Assembly (NCBI GenBank): GCA_038245785.1
Contig: JBBRSB010000010.1
Span: 32,001 to 96,000 of the forward strand
Direction: 5' to 3'
Source: Gloeobacterales cyanobacterium
GTDB taxonomy: Bacteria > Cyanobacteriota > Cyanobacteriia > Gloeobacterales > PMM-0068
DNA: 64,000 bases
This document shows positions 1 through 9,740 of the stretch, piece after piece. The notes below the pieces were generated by a model. It did not search any database. It had not been told where the DNA came from and saw nothing but the letters and a program-made list of their open reading frames with translations. The position numbers and the translations under genes are program-made. Each line of letters opens with the position of its first letter. Within the stretch, counting starts at the first letter, position 1.

Positions 1-567
1 CAGGTGCGCTCCGGTTATCTGAGCCGACAAGAAGCTTCAGACCTTTATGAAGCAAGTAAAAAAGTTCCTCCTGCTGCTGCTCAGCCAGCGAAGCCAGTAG
101 CCGCTCAACCAGCGAAGCCTAGCGAGCAAGCTCCTACGACGACCCCAACTTCTGCGGATGCCACACCCAAAAAAGCTGAAGAGAAAACCAAAGACAAGAC
201 CTACAGTGGTACCCTTAACGCGGAAGGATTTTCTAAACTTAGTGGCAACGTTTACGTACTAGAGGCGAAGAAAGAAAACGAGGAAGAGTTGCAAAAGCTG
301 AAAGGCATCGTGAGGCTGCAGAATAACGTAAAGTCCGTCCAAAACCTTATGGCCTTTACCATTAAAAATGCACTGGCTCAGGAGCCTTTCAGTGATAGTA
401 AATTCAGTCTTAAAACCAATGTCTCTAAAGCTATCTTGGTCATTGCCGTAAGTGGTTCAACAGAGACAGAAGCACTTTGGGTTGAAAATGATGTCACGTC
501 AGACAAGGCTATAACGGTAGATAAAGGCAAAGTGCTCTACTGGGCCGTACGTCCTACAGGTCAATAA
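1..567 (+). CDS. Hypothetical protein, probably 5'-truncated by the window edge; Pro/Ala-rich linker
   Basis: Frame is open from the window start; AAQPAKP is repeated twice; the stop TAA overlaps the next ATG (TAATG). Confidence 0.6.
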   Translation, partial: QVRSGYLSRQEASDLYEASKKVPPAAAQPAKPVAAQPAKPSEQAPTTTPTSADATPKKAEEKTKDKTYSGTLNAEGFSKLSGNVYVLEAKKENEEELQKLKGIVRLQNNVKSVQNLMAFTIKNALAQEPFSDSKFSLKTNVSKAILVIAVSGSTETEALWVENDVTSDKAITVDKGKVLYWAVRPTGQ

Positions 568-1409
568 TGCAAACACAAAAAAACCTCCACGAACAGATTG
601 CACAGTTTTATGACCAGTCTTCTGGCCTCTGGGAAGCCGTGTGGGGGGAGCATATGCATCATGGGTATTGGCAGGGTCCCCAGGACTCTAAATCCTCGAA
701 ACAAGCTCAAATAGACCTGATTGAACAGCTAATCGGTTTAGCCCCAACTTTAAGCCCTGGCAGCCGCGTTTTGGATATGGGCTGTGGTATTGGAGGAAGC
801 AGCACTTATCTCGCCCAGCGCTACGGATTTGATGTGACAGGCATTACCCTTAGTCCTGTCCAGGCCAAACGAGCAGGGGAACGAGCTAAAAATTTAGGAC
901 TAGAACAACAGGTAAACTTCCAGGTTGCCAATGCTTTAGAAACTCCTTTTGACGACAATTCCTTTGACCTGATTTGGTCTTTGGAAAGTGGCGAACATAT
1001 GGCCGATAAAAAGCAATTTCTAGCGGAATGTTACCGGATTCTTAAACCAGAGGGGATATTACTCTTTGCCACGTGGTGCTGCAAAGATGGAGTACTTTCA
1101 GCGCGAGAAGAAAAAATTCTCTCAGAAATTTATCGGATGTATCACTTGCCCTACGTGCTCTCGATCGAAGCCTATGACCAACTCATGGAAAGCACAGGTT
1201 TTGAACAAGTCAAAAACTTCGATTGGTCACGAGAAGTTGAAAAATTTTGGGATTTGGTGATCGATTCTTCTTTGAATCCTGCTGTCATTGGACGCATTTT
1301 TGAAAGTGGCTGGATCGTAGTCCAAGGAGCCTTAGCGATGCGTCTGATGCGTCAAGGCTACCGCAGAGGTATTGTGCACTATGGAGTACTCACAGGAGTT
1401 AAAGCTTAG
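567..1409 (+). CDS. Gamma-tocopherol methyltransferase (VTE4/Slr0089-like)
   Basis: FYDQSSGLWEAVWGEHMHHGY N-terminus, VLDMGCGIGGS SAM motif and WSLESGEHM; next to hpt and hppD. Confidence 0.88.
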   Translation: MQTQKNLHEQIAQFYDQSSGLWEAVWGEHMHHGYWQGPQDSKSSKQAQIDLIEQLIGLAPTLSPGSRVLDMGCGIGGSSTYLAQRYGFDVTGITLSPVQAKRAGERAKNLGLEQQVNFQVANALETPFDDNSFDLIWSLESGEHMADKKQFLAECYRILKPEGILLFATWCCKDGVLSAREEKILSEIYRMYHLPYVLSIEAYDQLMESTGFEQVKNFDWSREVEKFWDLVIDSSLNPAVIGRIFESGWIVVQGALAMRLMRQGYRRGIVHYGVLTGVKA

Positions 1410-2305
1410 CCCAGCAGAAAAGCAAGTGGAAAAACTAAGTACTCTGCATAAAAGAGTTTCCAAATAAACTGGTAGAAATCGTAAATAGATTCTGTATTTC
1501 CCAAATCCACTTGGCGAGAGCGAAACCAGAGCCAGCCCAAGAGGCCCAAGTGAGGGATTATCAGTAGTCCAGGATTGCCTAAGTTAGGAAAAAACAGCGC
1601 CAGGCTGCTCACCCCTAAATAGTTTAAAGAGAGAATCCACAAAGAAAGCTGAAATACAGACTTTTTGCCGAGGTAAAGAGATAATGTTTTGATTCTGTAT
1701 GCTCGGTCTCCTTCCATATCTGGAATGTCTTTGAAGATAGCAATTACTATCGTAAATATGGTGATAAATATAGCCATAGCTAAAATATCTGGGGTGAATC
1801 CGATAGACTTACCAAGCAAGCTCCTGAAATAAAGAAACAAACCTAAATTGACAATCAATCCACGCACCGTAAAAATGCACAAGGAAGCAAATAGGGGAAA
1901 TCGCTTAAGACGAATTGGAGGAGTTGAATAGGCCGTACCAATGATTAGGCTTAGGAATACGGTCAGACCCAGAAAAATATTCATACTCCAAGCAATTACT
2001 AAAGCACAAATGCCTAAGATGGCTACAATACTGTTTGCTTGAAAAGAAGATAATTCACCAGAAGCCAAAGGCAAGTAAGGTTTGTTTATCTTATCAATTT
2101 CGACATCATAAATTTGGTTTAAACCAACAATATAAACATTTCCACAAAGACAAGCTAACTGGGCAATTAGTAATCCCGTAAGATTACTAAAGTTAATTGC
2201 TGCCACACTGCCAAGTGCAATGAAGTAGACTCCCACGAGACTCAGTACCGTACCAATGATGGTGTGCGGACGAGAGAACTGCCATAGAGAACTCAGACTA
2301 GGCAT
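1406..2305 (-). CDS. hpt: Homogentisate phytyltransferase (UbiA family)
   Basis: FSRPHTIIGT, NQIYDVEIDKINKPYLPLASG, KDIPDMEGD and FYQFIWKLFYAEY motifs; ATG at 2305 preferred over TTG at 2320. Confidence 0.93.
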   Translation of the reverse strand: MPSLSSLWQFSRPHTIIGTVLSLVGVYFIALGSVAAINFSNLTGLLIAQLACLCGNVYIVGLNQIYDVEIDKINKPYLPLASGELSSFQANSIVAILGICALVIAWSMNIFLGLTVFLSLIIGTAYSTPPIRLKRFPLFASLCIFTVRGLIVNLGLFLYFRSLLGKSIGFTPDILAMAIFITIFTIVIAIFKDIPDMEGDRAYRIKTLSLYLGKKSVFQLSLWILSLNYLGVSSLALFFPNLGNPGLLIIPHLGLLGWLWFRSRQVDLGNTESIYDFYQFIWKLFYAEYLVFPLAFLLG

Positions 2306-2470
2306 GAATTTCAGGACCAACCTTTATCTAAATGTATCGTACTCCTATCTGGACTTTCGGGATTTCCCGGCAGTTCCAGTCCAAAAGGATAATGTTAAGA
2401 TGTACATCCTATGGGTGATGCGAAAACTTCTACCATCCCGCAGACTAATTAAACTTCCTTGAGTACCGCT

Positions 2471-3484
2471 ATGGGTCCGTCCATTATAGGAATCGCCTAC
2501 ATTCACTTTTACATAGACGACATAGAGAACTGGTTTAAAAAGTCATTTCAGCCTTTAGGATTTAAACTCGTTTCGCAGGAACCAAATCATTACAAATTGC
2601 GTCAGGAGCAAATTGAATTCTGGTTATCTCAACCCCAAACGAGTGAGGATTCAATCGCGACTTATTTAAAGCATCATGCCTTAGGAATCGCGGAGATTGG
2701 ATTTCATGTCCAGTCTATCCACTCATGGATGGATGAGCTCGTTCAGAGAGGTGCGGTCCTCCTTAATCCCATTGAGCCTCGCAAGTATCGAGACCAGACC
2801 TACCTTTATGCTTCTATCCAGGCCCAAGGAGACGTAACTTTTAGTTTCGTTGAAGGCCTAAGTCTTGCTCCCAAGCATGATCCCAGCCAAAACTTTTTAC
2901 ATGAAATCGACCATATTGTTTTTAATGTTCCTATGGGGCAACTGCAAGCGACTACCGAATGGTATGAGCAAGTCCTGCAGTTTAAGAAAGGTGCTTATTT
3001 CGAAATCAGTACAGCGCTTACTGCCTTGAGAAGTCAGGTCATGATTGGACCCAACGATATAAAAATTCCGATTAATGAACCTATCGGAAGTGCATCCCAG
3101 ATTCAAGAATTCTTAGACTACAACCGAGGCCCAGGGGTCCAACATATTTCCCTAGGAACCGAAAACATCGTGGGTGCTGTAGAGCATTTCCGAAGTGAAG
3201 GCATCCAGTTTCTGAAGATACCGGACAGTTATTACGATGCTCTTAACCACGTATCTGTGCAAGAGCGAAATCTTCTGAAGAGACATCAGGTTCTGGTAGA
3301 CGGAAGTAGAGACCAGTATCTGCTCCAAATCTTTACAGAGCCGATTTTTGAAGAGCCTACCGTCTTTTTAGAACTCATTCAACGAGAAGGGTTTGCAGAA
3401 GGTTTTGGACAAGGTAATTTCCAGGCCCTTTTCGAAGCGATGGAGAAAGAACAAATAAAGCGTGGAACCCTACCTTGCAACTAG
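2471..3484 (+). CDS. hppD: 4-hydroxyphenylpyruvate dioxygenase
   Basis: IDHIV, PINEP, SQIQEFLDYNRGPGVQHI and GFGQGNFQALFEAME motifs; start is ATG 2471 or TTG 2459. Confidence 0.93.
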   Translation: MGPSIIGIAYIHFYIDDIENWFKKSFQPLGFKLVSQEPNHYKLRQEQIEFWLSQPQTSEDSIATYLKHHALGIAEIGFHVQSIHSWMDELVQRGAVLLNPIEPRKYRDQTYLYASIQAQGDVTFSFVEGLSLAPKHDPSQNFLHEIDHIVFNVPMGQLQATTEWYEQVLQFKKGAYFEISTALTALRSQVMIGPNDIKIPINEPIGSASQIQEFLDYNRGPGVQHISLGTENIVGAVEHFRSEGIQFLKIPDSYYDALNHVSVQERNLLKRHQVLVDGSRDQYLLQIFTEPIFEEPTVFLELIQREGFAEGFGQGNFQALFEAMEKEQIKRGTLPCN

Positions 3485-4546
3485 CCCTTTCAGCAGAAGG
3501 GTCAGCCCACTAAGTCCCAGAGCAACCAAGTAAAACCCAAATACCACTTGCGTTTCGGCCCATCCTCCCAGTTCAAAGTGATGGTGCAAAGGAGCCATAC
3601 GAAATAGACGCTTGCCCTTGCCTTCAGCGTCTTTGGTAAGTTTGTAGTAGTAGCGTTGAATAATCACCGACAGCGCTTCTGCAACGAAGATCCCTCCAGC
3701 AATCGCCAAGGAAATCAAAGCACCGCTCAAGAGGGCCACTGCGCCTAAGAGGCCGCCCAACGCTAAGGAACCCGTATCTCCCATGAAAACTTTGGCTTTA
3801 TTGTGGTTATGAACTAAAAAACCCAATGCGCCCCCAGCCATGGCACAGCAGAGAGCAGCCAGTGGTCCAGAAAGCACCAGCCCTAAAGTTCCACAGGCAA
3901 TCGCGCCCGTGCCTGCAGCCAAGCCATCCACGCCATCGGTGAAATTTACAGCATTGCTGGTTCCCGTCAGGACAAACAGGGCCAAGAGCCAGTAGCCAAG
4001 CCCTAAATCTAGCCAGGGACTACCATTCGGTCCCAGTAATACGGTTGATTTGCCACTCCAGGCTAGATAGGTGCAGAAGAGTAGGGCAAATAAAACTAAC
4101 AAGCCCATTTTTAGTCTTTCTGAAATGCCCCGTTTGCCTCCGGGCTTGGCCGTTACCACTTTCCAGTCATCAAAGAGTCCAACCAAGCCGTAGCTAATCG
4201 CCAAAGCCGCCGCCGCCGCTAAATCCAGATTCCAGGGCGTAATCACCAGCGCGAAAATCACCGCTGGAAAAAACATAAACACCCCACCCATCGTCGGAGT
4301 ACCGACCTTTGCTTGGTGAGATTGAGGACCATCTTCCCGAATAACCTGACGGGCCTTCAGGCGGGCTAGTTGAGGAATAGCTAAAAATCCAATCAAGGCT
4401 GACAGCGAAAAGCCACCCAGCAGATAGAACAGCTTACTGGGAGCGCCCCAGGCAATAGCTCCTAAGATGAGCACTCCAATGAGAATGGCGGAGAACCATC
4501 CTGGAGGATTGAACCCACTCAACTTATCCGGGCTGGAAGTAGCCAC
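3470..4546 (-). CDS. mraY: Phospho-N-acetylmuramoyl-pentapeptide transferase
   Basis: KVGTPTMGG, NAVNFTDGVDGLA, VFMGDTGSLALGG and MAPLHHHFE motifs; GTG at 4546 is preceded by GGAGG. Confidence 0.95.
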   Translation of the reverse strand: MATSSPDKLSGFNPPGWFSAILIGVLILGAIAWGAPSKLFYLLGGFSLSALIGFLAIPQLARLKARQVIREDGPQSHQAKVGTPTMGGVFMFFPAVIFALVITPWNLDLAAAAALAISYGLVGLFDDWKVVTAKPGGKRGISERLKMGLLVLFALLFCTYLAWSGKSTVLLGPNGSPWLDLGLGYWLLALFVLTGTSNAVNFTDGVDGLAAGTGAIACGTLGLVLSGPLAALCCAMAGGALGFLVHNHNKAKVFMGDTGSLALGGLLGAVALLSGALISLAIAGGIFVAEALSVIIQRYYYKLTKDAEGKGKRLFRMAPLHHHFELGGWAETQVVFGFYLVALGLSGLTLLLKGLVAR

Positions 4547-4560
4547 CCAAACCTCCGGGA

Positions 4561-5439
4561 TTAAGTGCCCATAGCATGATAGCCACAATCTACATAAATC
4601 ACTTCGCCCGTGATCGCGCTGCTGAGCGGACTGAGCAAGAAAAGAACCGTATTCGCGACTTCTTCTGCCTCAATCGGGCGGGGAAGGGGTGACTTTGCCA
4701 CCGCATGATCAATCATTTGACCAATATCGCCAATGCCACGCGCGGCGCGAGAAGCATAGGGGCCTGGAGAGACTAAATTCACCCGATGGCCTTTTTGTCC
4801 CAAGAAATAAGAGAGCTGCTTGGCATCAATTTGCAATGCTGCCTTAGCACTGGACATCCCTCCTCCATAGTAGGGAACGGCCCGGTCTCCACCGATATAG
4901 GTCAATCCGACCACAGCGCCTTCCCGACCTTCCATGAGTGGAAGACAGTGGTGACAGAGCGCAGTCAGAGAATAGGCAGAAATTGAAAGTGCTTCCAGAT
5001 AGGCTCGGCGGGAAGTATCAATCAAAGGATTTTTAATTTCACGGGCAAAAGCGACTGAATGAATGATGTAGTCCACGGAGCCGAAATCAGCCTTCAGGGA
5101 CTGTGCCAAGCCAGAAACCGTAAAATCAGTGTCTTTACTATAGCCTTTGACTTCATATTGTTCGTCGGGCACATCCGCTAAGGTGTCGTACTGGAGATCG
5201 GACGGATACACCTTGCTTGGGCTAAATTCTCCCTCGACGCCGAAAGGTAACTTTCGGTCTTCATCGTTAGCCGAGCGGCCCAATGTTTTTTCCACAATGT
5301 TGAAAACGCGTGGATGGACTGCAAGCGCCACTTGAGCGTCGGCTGCTTGCAGGACCTTGGCGATATGCCATCCAAAGCCCACCGTATCGGCTACTCCTGT
5401 CACGAGTGCGGTTTTACCAGAAAGGTTGATAGGAATCAT
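4561..5439 (-). CDS. fabI: Enoyl-ACP reductase, plant/Chlamydia-like type
   Basis: MIPINLSGK..GVADTVGFGWHIAK, YGGGMSSAKAAL and SAITGEVIYVDCG; ATG at 5439. Confidence 0.9.
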   Translation of the reverse strand: MIPINLSGKTALVTGVADTVGFGWHIAKVLQAADAQVALAVHPRVFNIVEKTLGRSANDEDRKLPFGVEGEFSPSKVYPSDLQYDTLADVPDEQYEVKGYSKDTDFTVSGLAQSLKADFGSVDYIIHSVAFAREIKNPLIDTSRRAYLEALSISAYSLTALCHHCLPLMEGREGAVVGLTYIGGDRAVPYYGGGMSSAKAALQIDAKQLSYFLGQKGHRVNLVSPGPYASRAARGIGDIGQMIDHAVAKSPLPRPIEAEEVANTVLFLLSPLSSAITGEVIYVDCGYHAMGT

Positions 5440-5575
5440 CGCTCTGTTGCCTAGCTGCGCCCTGATTCTACCGTGTGACAGTGTAGATAAGACGTAGATG
5501 AGTCGATAGATACTGCGCATGTAGAGCGAGGAGACTGCTAGCTTGGGAGAAGGAAGTATGGGGCTTTGACAGACT

Positions 5576-5728
5576 GTGGGCAGACCAAAATGGGTGGCGA
5601 TTATAACGGGAATTGTCTCTCTGGGACTGGGATTTGGCTATTTAATCTTGGTCCAATTCTTGGATTTTCGTGGAGACTTTCAACCAGCCCCTGAAGAGTC
5701 TGTTCCAGCCCAAACCACAAAGCCTTAA
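5576..5728 (+). CDS. Small conserved cyanobacterial membrane protein (50 aa), not in the ORF track
   Basis: My translation is MGRPKWVAIITGIVSLGLGFGYLILVQFLDFRGDFQPAPEESVPAQTTKP: one TM helix plus the YLILVQFLDFRG..PAP signature I recall from small cyanobacterial proteins. Confidence 0.75.
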   Translation: MGRPKWVAIITGIVSLGLGFGYLILVQFLDFRGDFQPAPEESVPAQTTKP

Positions 5729-5767
5729 ATTTCGCCAGATTTCAGCCTCAAACAAAGGGACTCCACT

Positions 5768-6463
5768 ATGTCCAAGCCTTCTAAGTCTTCGGCGCTTTCA
5801 ACTACCGTTGTTCTTGCAATGACGGTGGATGGCAAAATCAGTGCCACAGATCCACGTGCGCCGAGGGCTCCCGATACCGCAGACCAAGCCCATTTAGAGT
5901 ATCAGGTATCCTTAGCAGACCTGATTTTGGTGGGAGCAGGGACTATACGAGCAGAAGGGACTACCTTCACTGTCCGCAATCCTGAACTTTTGGCAGCCCG
6001 TGCCGTGCGGGGGCAATCTCCCCAACCGATTACCTGTGTCGTGTCTCGTTCCCTAGAACTGCCTGTGGATCTTCCTTTTTTCAGCCAGGATGTCCAGCGC
6101 TGGATCTTCACGACGGGAGACAGTTTAAAACGCAATTCGCAACCGACTTTGCATGAATTTGCAGAATTAGTAGACCTGGGAAAAACGGACCTAGATTGGG
6201 ACCGGGCCTATACTTTCATAAAAAAGCAAGGCATTCATAAGGTGGTCGCGTTAGGCGGTGGTGATTTGACAGCAGCCCTAATAGAGGCTGGTCGTATCAA
6301 TGACCTTTGGTTAACCGTGTGGCCTGTGATCTATGGAGGACGGAATGCACCCAGTCCTGTTGAAGGAGAAGGGTTTATTCCCAGACAGGCCCCACAGCTT
6401 CAACTCGTCGAAAGCCGTCAAATGGGCAGTGAGTTGTTTCTGCATTACCAGGTGTTGAGCTAA
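5768..6463 (+). CDS. RibD C-terminal/DHFR-like reductase family protein
   Basis: AMTVDGKIS, LVGAGTIRAE, LGGGDL and PVIYGGRNAPSPVEGEG motifs. Confidence 0.88.
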   Translation: MSKPSKSSALSTTVVLAMTVDGKISATDPRAPRAPDTADQAHLEYQVSLADLILVGAGTIRAEGTTFTVRNPELLAARAVRGQSPQPITCVVSRSLELPVDLPFFSQDVQRWIFTTGDSLKRNSQPTLHEFAELVDLGKTDLDWDRAYTFIKKQGIHKVVALGGGDLTAALIEAGRINDLWLTVWPVIYGGRNAPSPVEGEGFIPRQAPQLQLVESRQMGSELFLHYQVLS

Positions 6464-6549
6464 GCGTTCTTCTCCAGTTGAGTCCATTTGAGCTATCGAG
6501 ACGAGAGCATCCCTGTCGATTCGCATATAACGCGTAGTACAACAGAACT

Positions 6550-7050
6550 ATGTCTGAAATGCCACAGCCTGTAACGACTAATCTTGAACAGACCAGCATC
6601 CATTTTTTGGAGCAAAGCCCCAAAGCTCGTCTTGCAATCTTAAGAGGACTAGGCTTGGCTCGCTATGCACCCGTTCTGACCCAAATGCCGCTCACCAAAG
6701 CCAACCTTGCCTGTGCGATGCGATTTTTTCAGAATCCAAACCGGGTGAAATTTCCTGACCTACGCGGTGCGGAACTGGCAGGTTTGGTCTTAGATGGGGT
6801 GAATTTTATTCGTGGAGATCTATCAGGAGCTAATCTGCAAGGTTGCCGACTCCACAAAGCAGATTTAGTTTTTGCCCGACTGGTCAAAACGGACCTGCGG
6901 AATGCTGATCTGCGAGGGGCGACCCTTAACGAAACGTTATGGTCTGGAACTTTGGTAGAAGGGTGTCAATTGGGACGAGGCATAGGCCTAACGGACCAAC
7001 AAAAGCAGGAACTTAGGGCTCGTGGAGCGTTCCTCGACAGAGTCGAATAA
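6550..7050 (+). CDS. Pentapeptide repeat protein
   Basis: A(D/N)Lxx repeats (DLRGAELAG..DLSGANLQG..DLRNADLRGATL). Confidence 0.88.
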   Translation: MSEMPQPVTTNLEQTSIHFLEQSPKARLAILRGLGLARYAPVLTQMPLTKANLACAMRFFQNPNRVKFPDLRGAELAGLVLDGVNFIRGDLSGANLQGCRLHKADLVFARLVKTDLRNADLRGATLNETLWSGTLVEGCQLGRGIGLTDQQKQELRARGAFLDRVE

Positions 7051-7056
7051 TTTCTT

Positions 7057-7085
7057 TTGACAACGGTCCCACAGTTTCCTATAAT
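7057..7085 (+). promoter_or_regulatory. Consensus sigma70 promoter for the rpmJ-alpha operon
   Basis: TTGACA (7057-7062), 17 nt spacer, TATAAT (7080-7085). Confidence 0.85.
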
Positions 7086-7116
7086 GTTGACTTTGCTAAT
7101 TAGCGTGTGAATCTTC

Positions 7117-7230
7117 ATGAAGGTCAGAGCATCCGTAAAGAAGATCTGCGAGAAATGTCGTGTGATCAAGCGTAAAGGTCGGGTTATGGTCATCTGCCAA
7201 AACCCAAAACATAAGCAGCGTCAAGGATAA
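7117..7230 (+). CDS. rpmJ: 50S ribosomal protein L36 (not in the ORF track)
   Basis: [37 protein letters not shown]. Confidence 0.98.
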   Translation: MKVRASVKKICEKCRVIKRKGRVMVICQNPKHKQRQG

Positions 7231-7251
7231 TCAGGAGCAGCAGTACATCAA

Positions 7252-7635
7252 ATGGCACGGATAGCAGGCGTCGATATCCCCAGAGATAAGCGTATCGAAA
7301 TTGGTTTGACCTACATTTACGGTATTGGTTTAGCCCGTTCTCAAGAAATATTGCATTCTACAGGCATCGGTCCCGATACCCGTGTACGCGAGCTTTCTGA
7401 TGTTCAGGTGGCAACCCTCCGCGAAGTGATTGAGAATCGCTACACCGTAGAAGGCGACCTTCGCCGCACGGAAGGGATGAACATTAAACGGCTGCAAGAT
7501 ATCGGTTGCATCCGAGGTCGTCGTCACCGTCTTGGTTTGCCTGTTCGCGGGCAGCGCACCAAAACCAATGCTCGTACCCGCCGTGGCGGCAAGCGCATCG
7601 CGGTAGCTGGGAAGAAGAAAGCTCCTAAGAAGTAA
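7252..7635 (+). CDS. rpsM: 30S ribosomal protein S13
   Basis: [30 protein letters not shown]. Confidence 0.98.
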   Translation: MARIAGVDIPRDKRIEIGLTYIYGIGLARSQEILHSTGIGPDTRVRELSDVQVATLREVIENRYTVEGDLRRTEGMNIKRLQDIGCIRGRRHRLGLPVRGQRTKTNARTRRGGKRIAVAGKKKAPKK

Positions 7636-7708
7636 AAGCTCCCAAGAAATAAGTAATTAACCCAGCTCACTTAGCGCGCTTACTTAGCGAATATAAACAG
7701 GCAAACAC

Positions 7709-8119
7709 ATGGCAAAGCAACAGCAGAAACCCAGCACCAGCAAGGTTAAGGGTAAAAAAAAGGTCAAACGGAATGTACCCTCTGGGGTAGCCCACATCCA
7801 ATCCACCTTCAACAACACCATCGTCAGCATTTCTGATCCCAATGGAGAAGTAATCTCTTGGGCTTCCGCCGGGTCCTCCGGATTTAAGGGAGCGAAGAAA
7901 GGAACTCCTTTCGCGGCTCAGCAAGCAGCAGAATCTGCGGCTCGTTCTGCTGGCGGTCAAGGCATGCGCCAGGTTGAAGTCTTGGTAAGTGGTCCCGGTG
8001 CAGGCCGTGAAACCGCTATTCGTGCGCTCCAAACCGCAGGTCTAGAAATCACCCTCATTCGTGACGTTACCCCTATCCCCCACAACGGTGTGCGCCCTCC
8101 CAAGCGCCGCCGCGTTTAG
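7709..8119 (+). CDS. rpsK: 30S ribosomal protein S11
   Basis: [29 protein letters not shown]. Confidence 0.98.
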   Translation: MAKQQQKPSTSKVKGKKKVKRNVPSGVAHIQSTFNNTIVSISDPNGEVISWASAGSSGFKGAKKGTPFAAQQAAESAARSAGGQGMRQVEVLVSGPGAGRETAIRALQTAGLEITLIRDVTPIPHNGVRPPKRRRV

Positions 8120-8148
8120 TTTACGCAACAACAAAGGACGAAAGATTC

Positions 8149-8769
8149 ATGGCTCGTTATACTGGCCCAGTCTGTAAACTTTGTCGTGCAGTCGGGATGA
8201 AGCTCTATCTAAAGGGCACCCGCTGCACTTCTCCAAAGTGCGCTATCGAAAAGCGCAACTATCGCCCCGGCCAACACGGCCAGGGTCGTACCAAGTTGAG
8301 CGAGTACGCTATCCGACTTAAGGAAAAGCAGAAAGCCCGATGGACCTACGGAATGCTGGAAAAGCAATTCCGTCGAACCTTTGCTGATGCTGCACGTGCA
8401 CGTGGTAACACCGGAGCCAAGTTCATTGAACTCTTGGAGCGCCGTCTAGATAACATCGTGTACCGTTTAGGTTTCGCGATTTCTCGTTCTCAAGCTCGTC
8501 AATTCGTCAACCATGGACACTTTGAGGTCAATGGTCGTCGTGCTTCTACCCCTAGTCTCAGAGTCCGCCCTGGCGACCAGATTACCGTGGTGGAAGCATC
8601 CAGGAAATTTGTCAAAGAGACTCTGGAAGCTGTCAATCTACCTGCATCTCCTCCTTGGCTTGAGTCCAATCGGGAAGAACTGAAAGGCCGGATTGTAAGG
8701 ACTCCTGAGCGGGAAGAGGTCGATACGCCCGTGCGTGAACTCTTGATTGTTGAATTCTATTCCCGCTAG
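8149..8769 (+). CDS. rpsD: 30S ribosomal protein S4
   Basis: MARYTGPVCKLCR..LERRLDNIVYRLG..LIVEFYSR. Confidence 0.98.
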   Translation: MARYTGPVCKLCRAVGMKLYLKGTRCTSPKCAIEKRNYRPGQHGQGRTKLSEYAIRLKEKQKARWTYGMLEKQFRRTFADAARARGNTGAKFIELLERRLDNIVYRLGFAISRSQARQFVNHGHFEVNGRRASTPSLRVRPGDQITVVEASRKFVKETLEAVNLPASPPWLESNREELKGRIVRTPEREEVDTPVRELLIVEFYSR

Positions 8770-8781
8770 CGGAGGAGTACT

Positions 8782-9729
8782 ATGACCTACTCTATTGAGC
8801 ATGTGGAGACTCGTGCTGAAGCGGATAAAGCTCAGTACGGAAAATTTGTATTAGAACCCTTAGACCGTGGACAGGGAACCACTTTAGGCAATGCCCTACG
8901 CAGAGTGCTTCTGTCAAATATTGAAGGGGCTGCGGTTACTTCAGTCCGCATCACAGGCGTGAGCCATGAGTTCGCAACCCTTCCTGGGGTCCGCGAAGAC
9001 GTTCTCGACATTCTTCTAAATATGAAGGAGCTAGTTCTTCGCTCCCATACCAGTGATTTGGTAATCGGTCGTCTGGCGCTCCAGGGGCCAAAACTAGTCA
9101 CAGCAGCAGATTTAGAACTTCCCTCAGAAGTAGAAATCGTCAATTCCTACCATCCGATTGCCACCTTGGCTGATGATGGTCAACTGGAAATGGAATTTCA
9201 AATTGAGCGGGGAATTGGCTATCGGTCTATTGACCGCAGCATAGAGGACAGCAAATCGGTAGATTATCTATCCATTGATGCTGTGTTCATGCCTGTGCGC
9301 AAGGTCAACTACACCGTAGAGAACATCCGCATCGGGACCAGCATTGTTGATTTGGACAAACTGACCTTGGAAATCTGGACCAACGGTTCTGTCACTCCTC
9401 AGGAAGCGCTTTCCCAAGCGGCTCGGATTTTAGTTGGCCAACTGCTACCCTTGCAGGAAATCACTTTTGAGGCTCCCGTTGAGCCTGCGAAAGGGACTCC
9501 TCAGGATAAGAGCAGCCAAACAGCGATCGAAGAGCTTCAACTTTCTGTTCGAGCCTACAACTGCTTGAAGCGGGCGCAGATCAACTACGTAGCGGATTTA
9601 CTCCAATACACCGAAGAAGACCTGCTTGAAATCAAGAACTTTGGACAAAAGTCTGCTGAAGAAGTGATTGATGCCCTCAAGGATAAACTCGGCCTCACCC
9701 TACCTAAGGAGCGGCCTTCGAAAGGCTAA
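8782..9729 (+). CDS. rpoA: RNA polymerase alpha subunit
   Basis: EPLDRGQGTTLGNALRRVLLS and LSVRAYNCLKRA. Confidence 0.98.
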   Translation: MTYSIEHVETRAEADKAQYGKFVLEPLDRGQGTTLGNALRRVLLSNIEGAAVTSVRITGVSHEFATLPGVREDVLDILLNMKELVLRSHTSDLVIGRLALQGPKLVTAADLELPSEVEIVNSYHPIATLADDGQLEMEFQIERGIGYRSIDRSIEDSKSVDYLSIDAVFMPVRKVNYTVENIRIGTSIVDLDKLTLEIWTNGSVTPQEALSQAARILVGQLLPLQEITFEAPVEPAKGTPQDKSSQTAIEELQLSVRAYNCLKRAQINYVADLLQYTEEDLLEIKNFGQKSAEEVIDALKDKLGLTLPKERPSKG

Positions 9730-9740
9730 GGTAAACCATT

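Noticed and set aside
4561..5520. Extended N-termini in the ORF track for fabI (also mraY, folE, tmk, nanE, prfB and the response regulator)
   Set aside because: Homology and RBS positions point to the downstream starts listed in the features.
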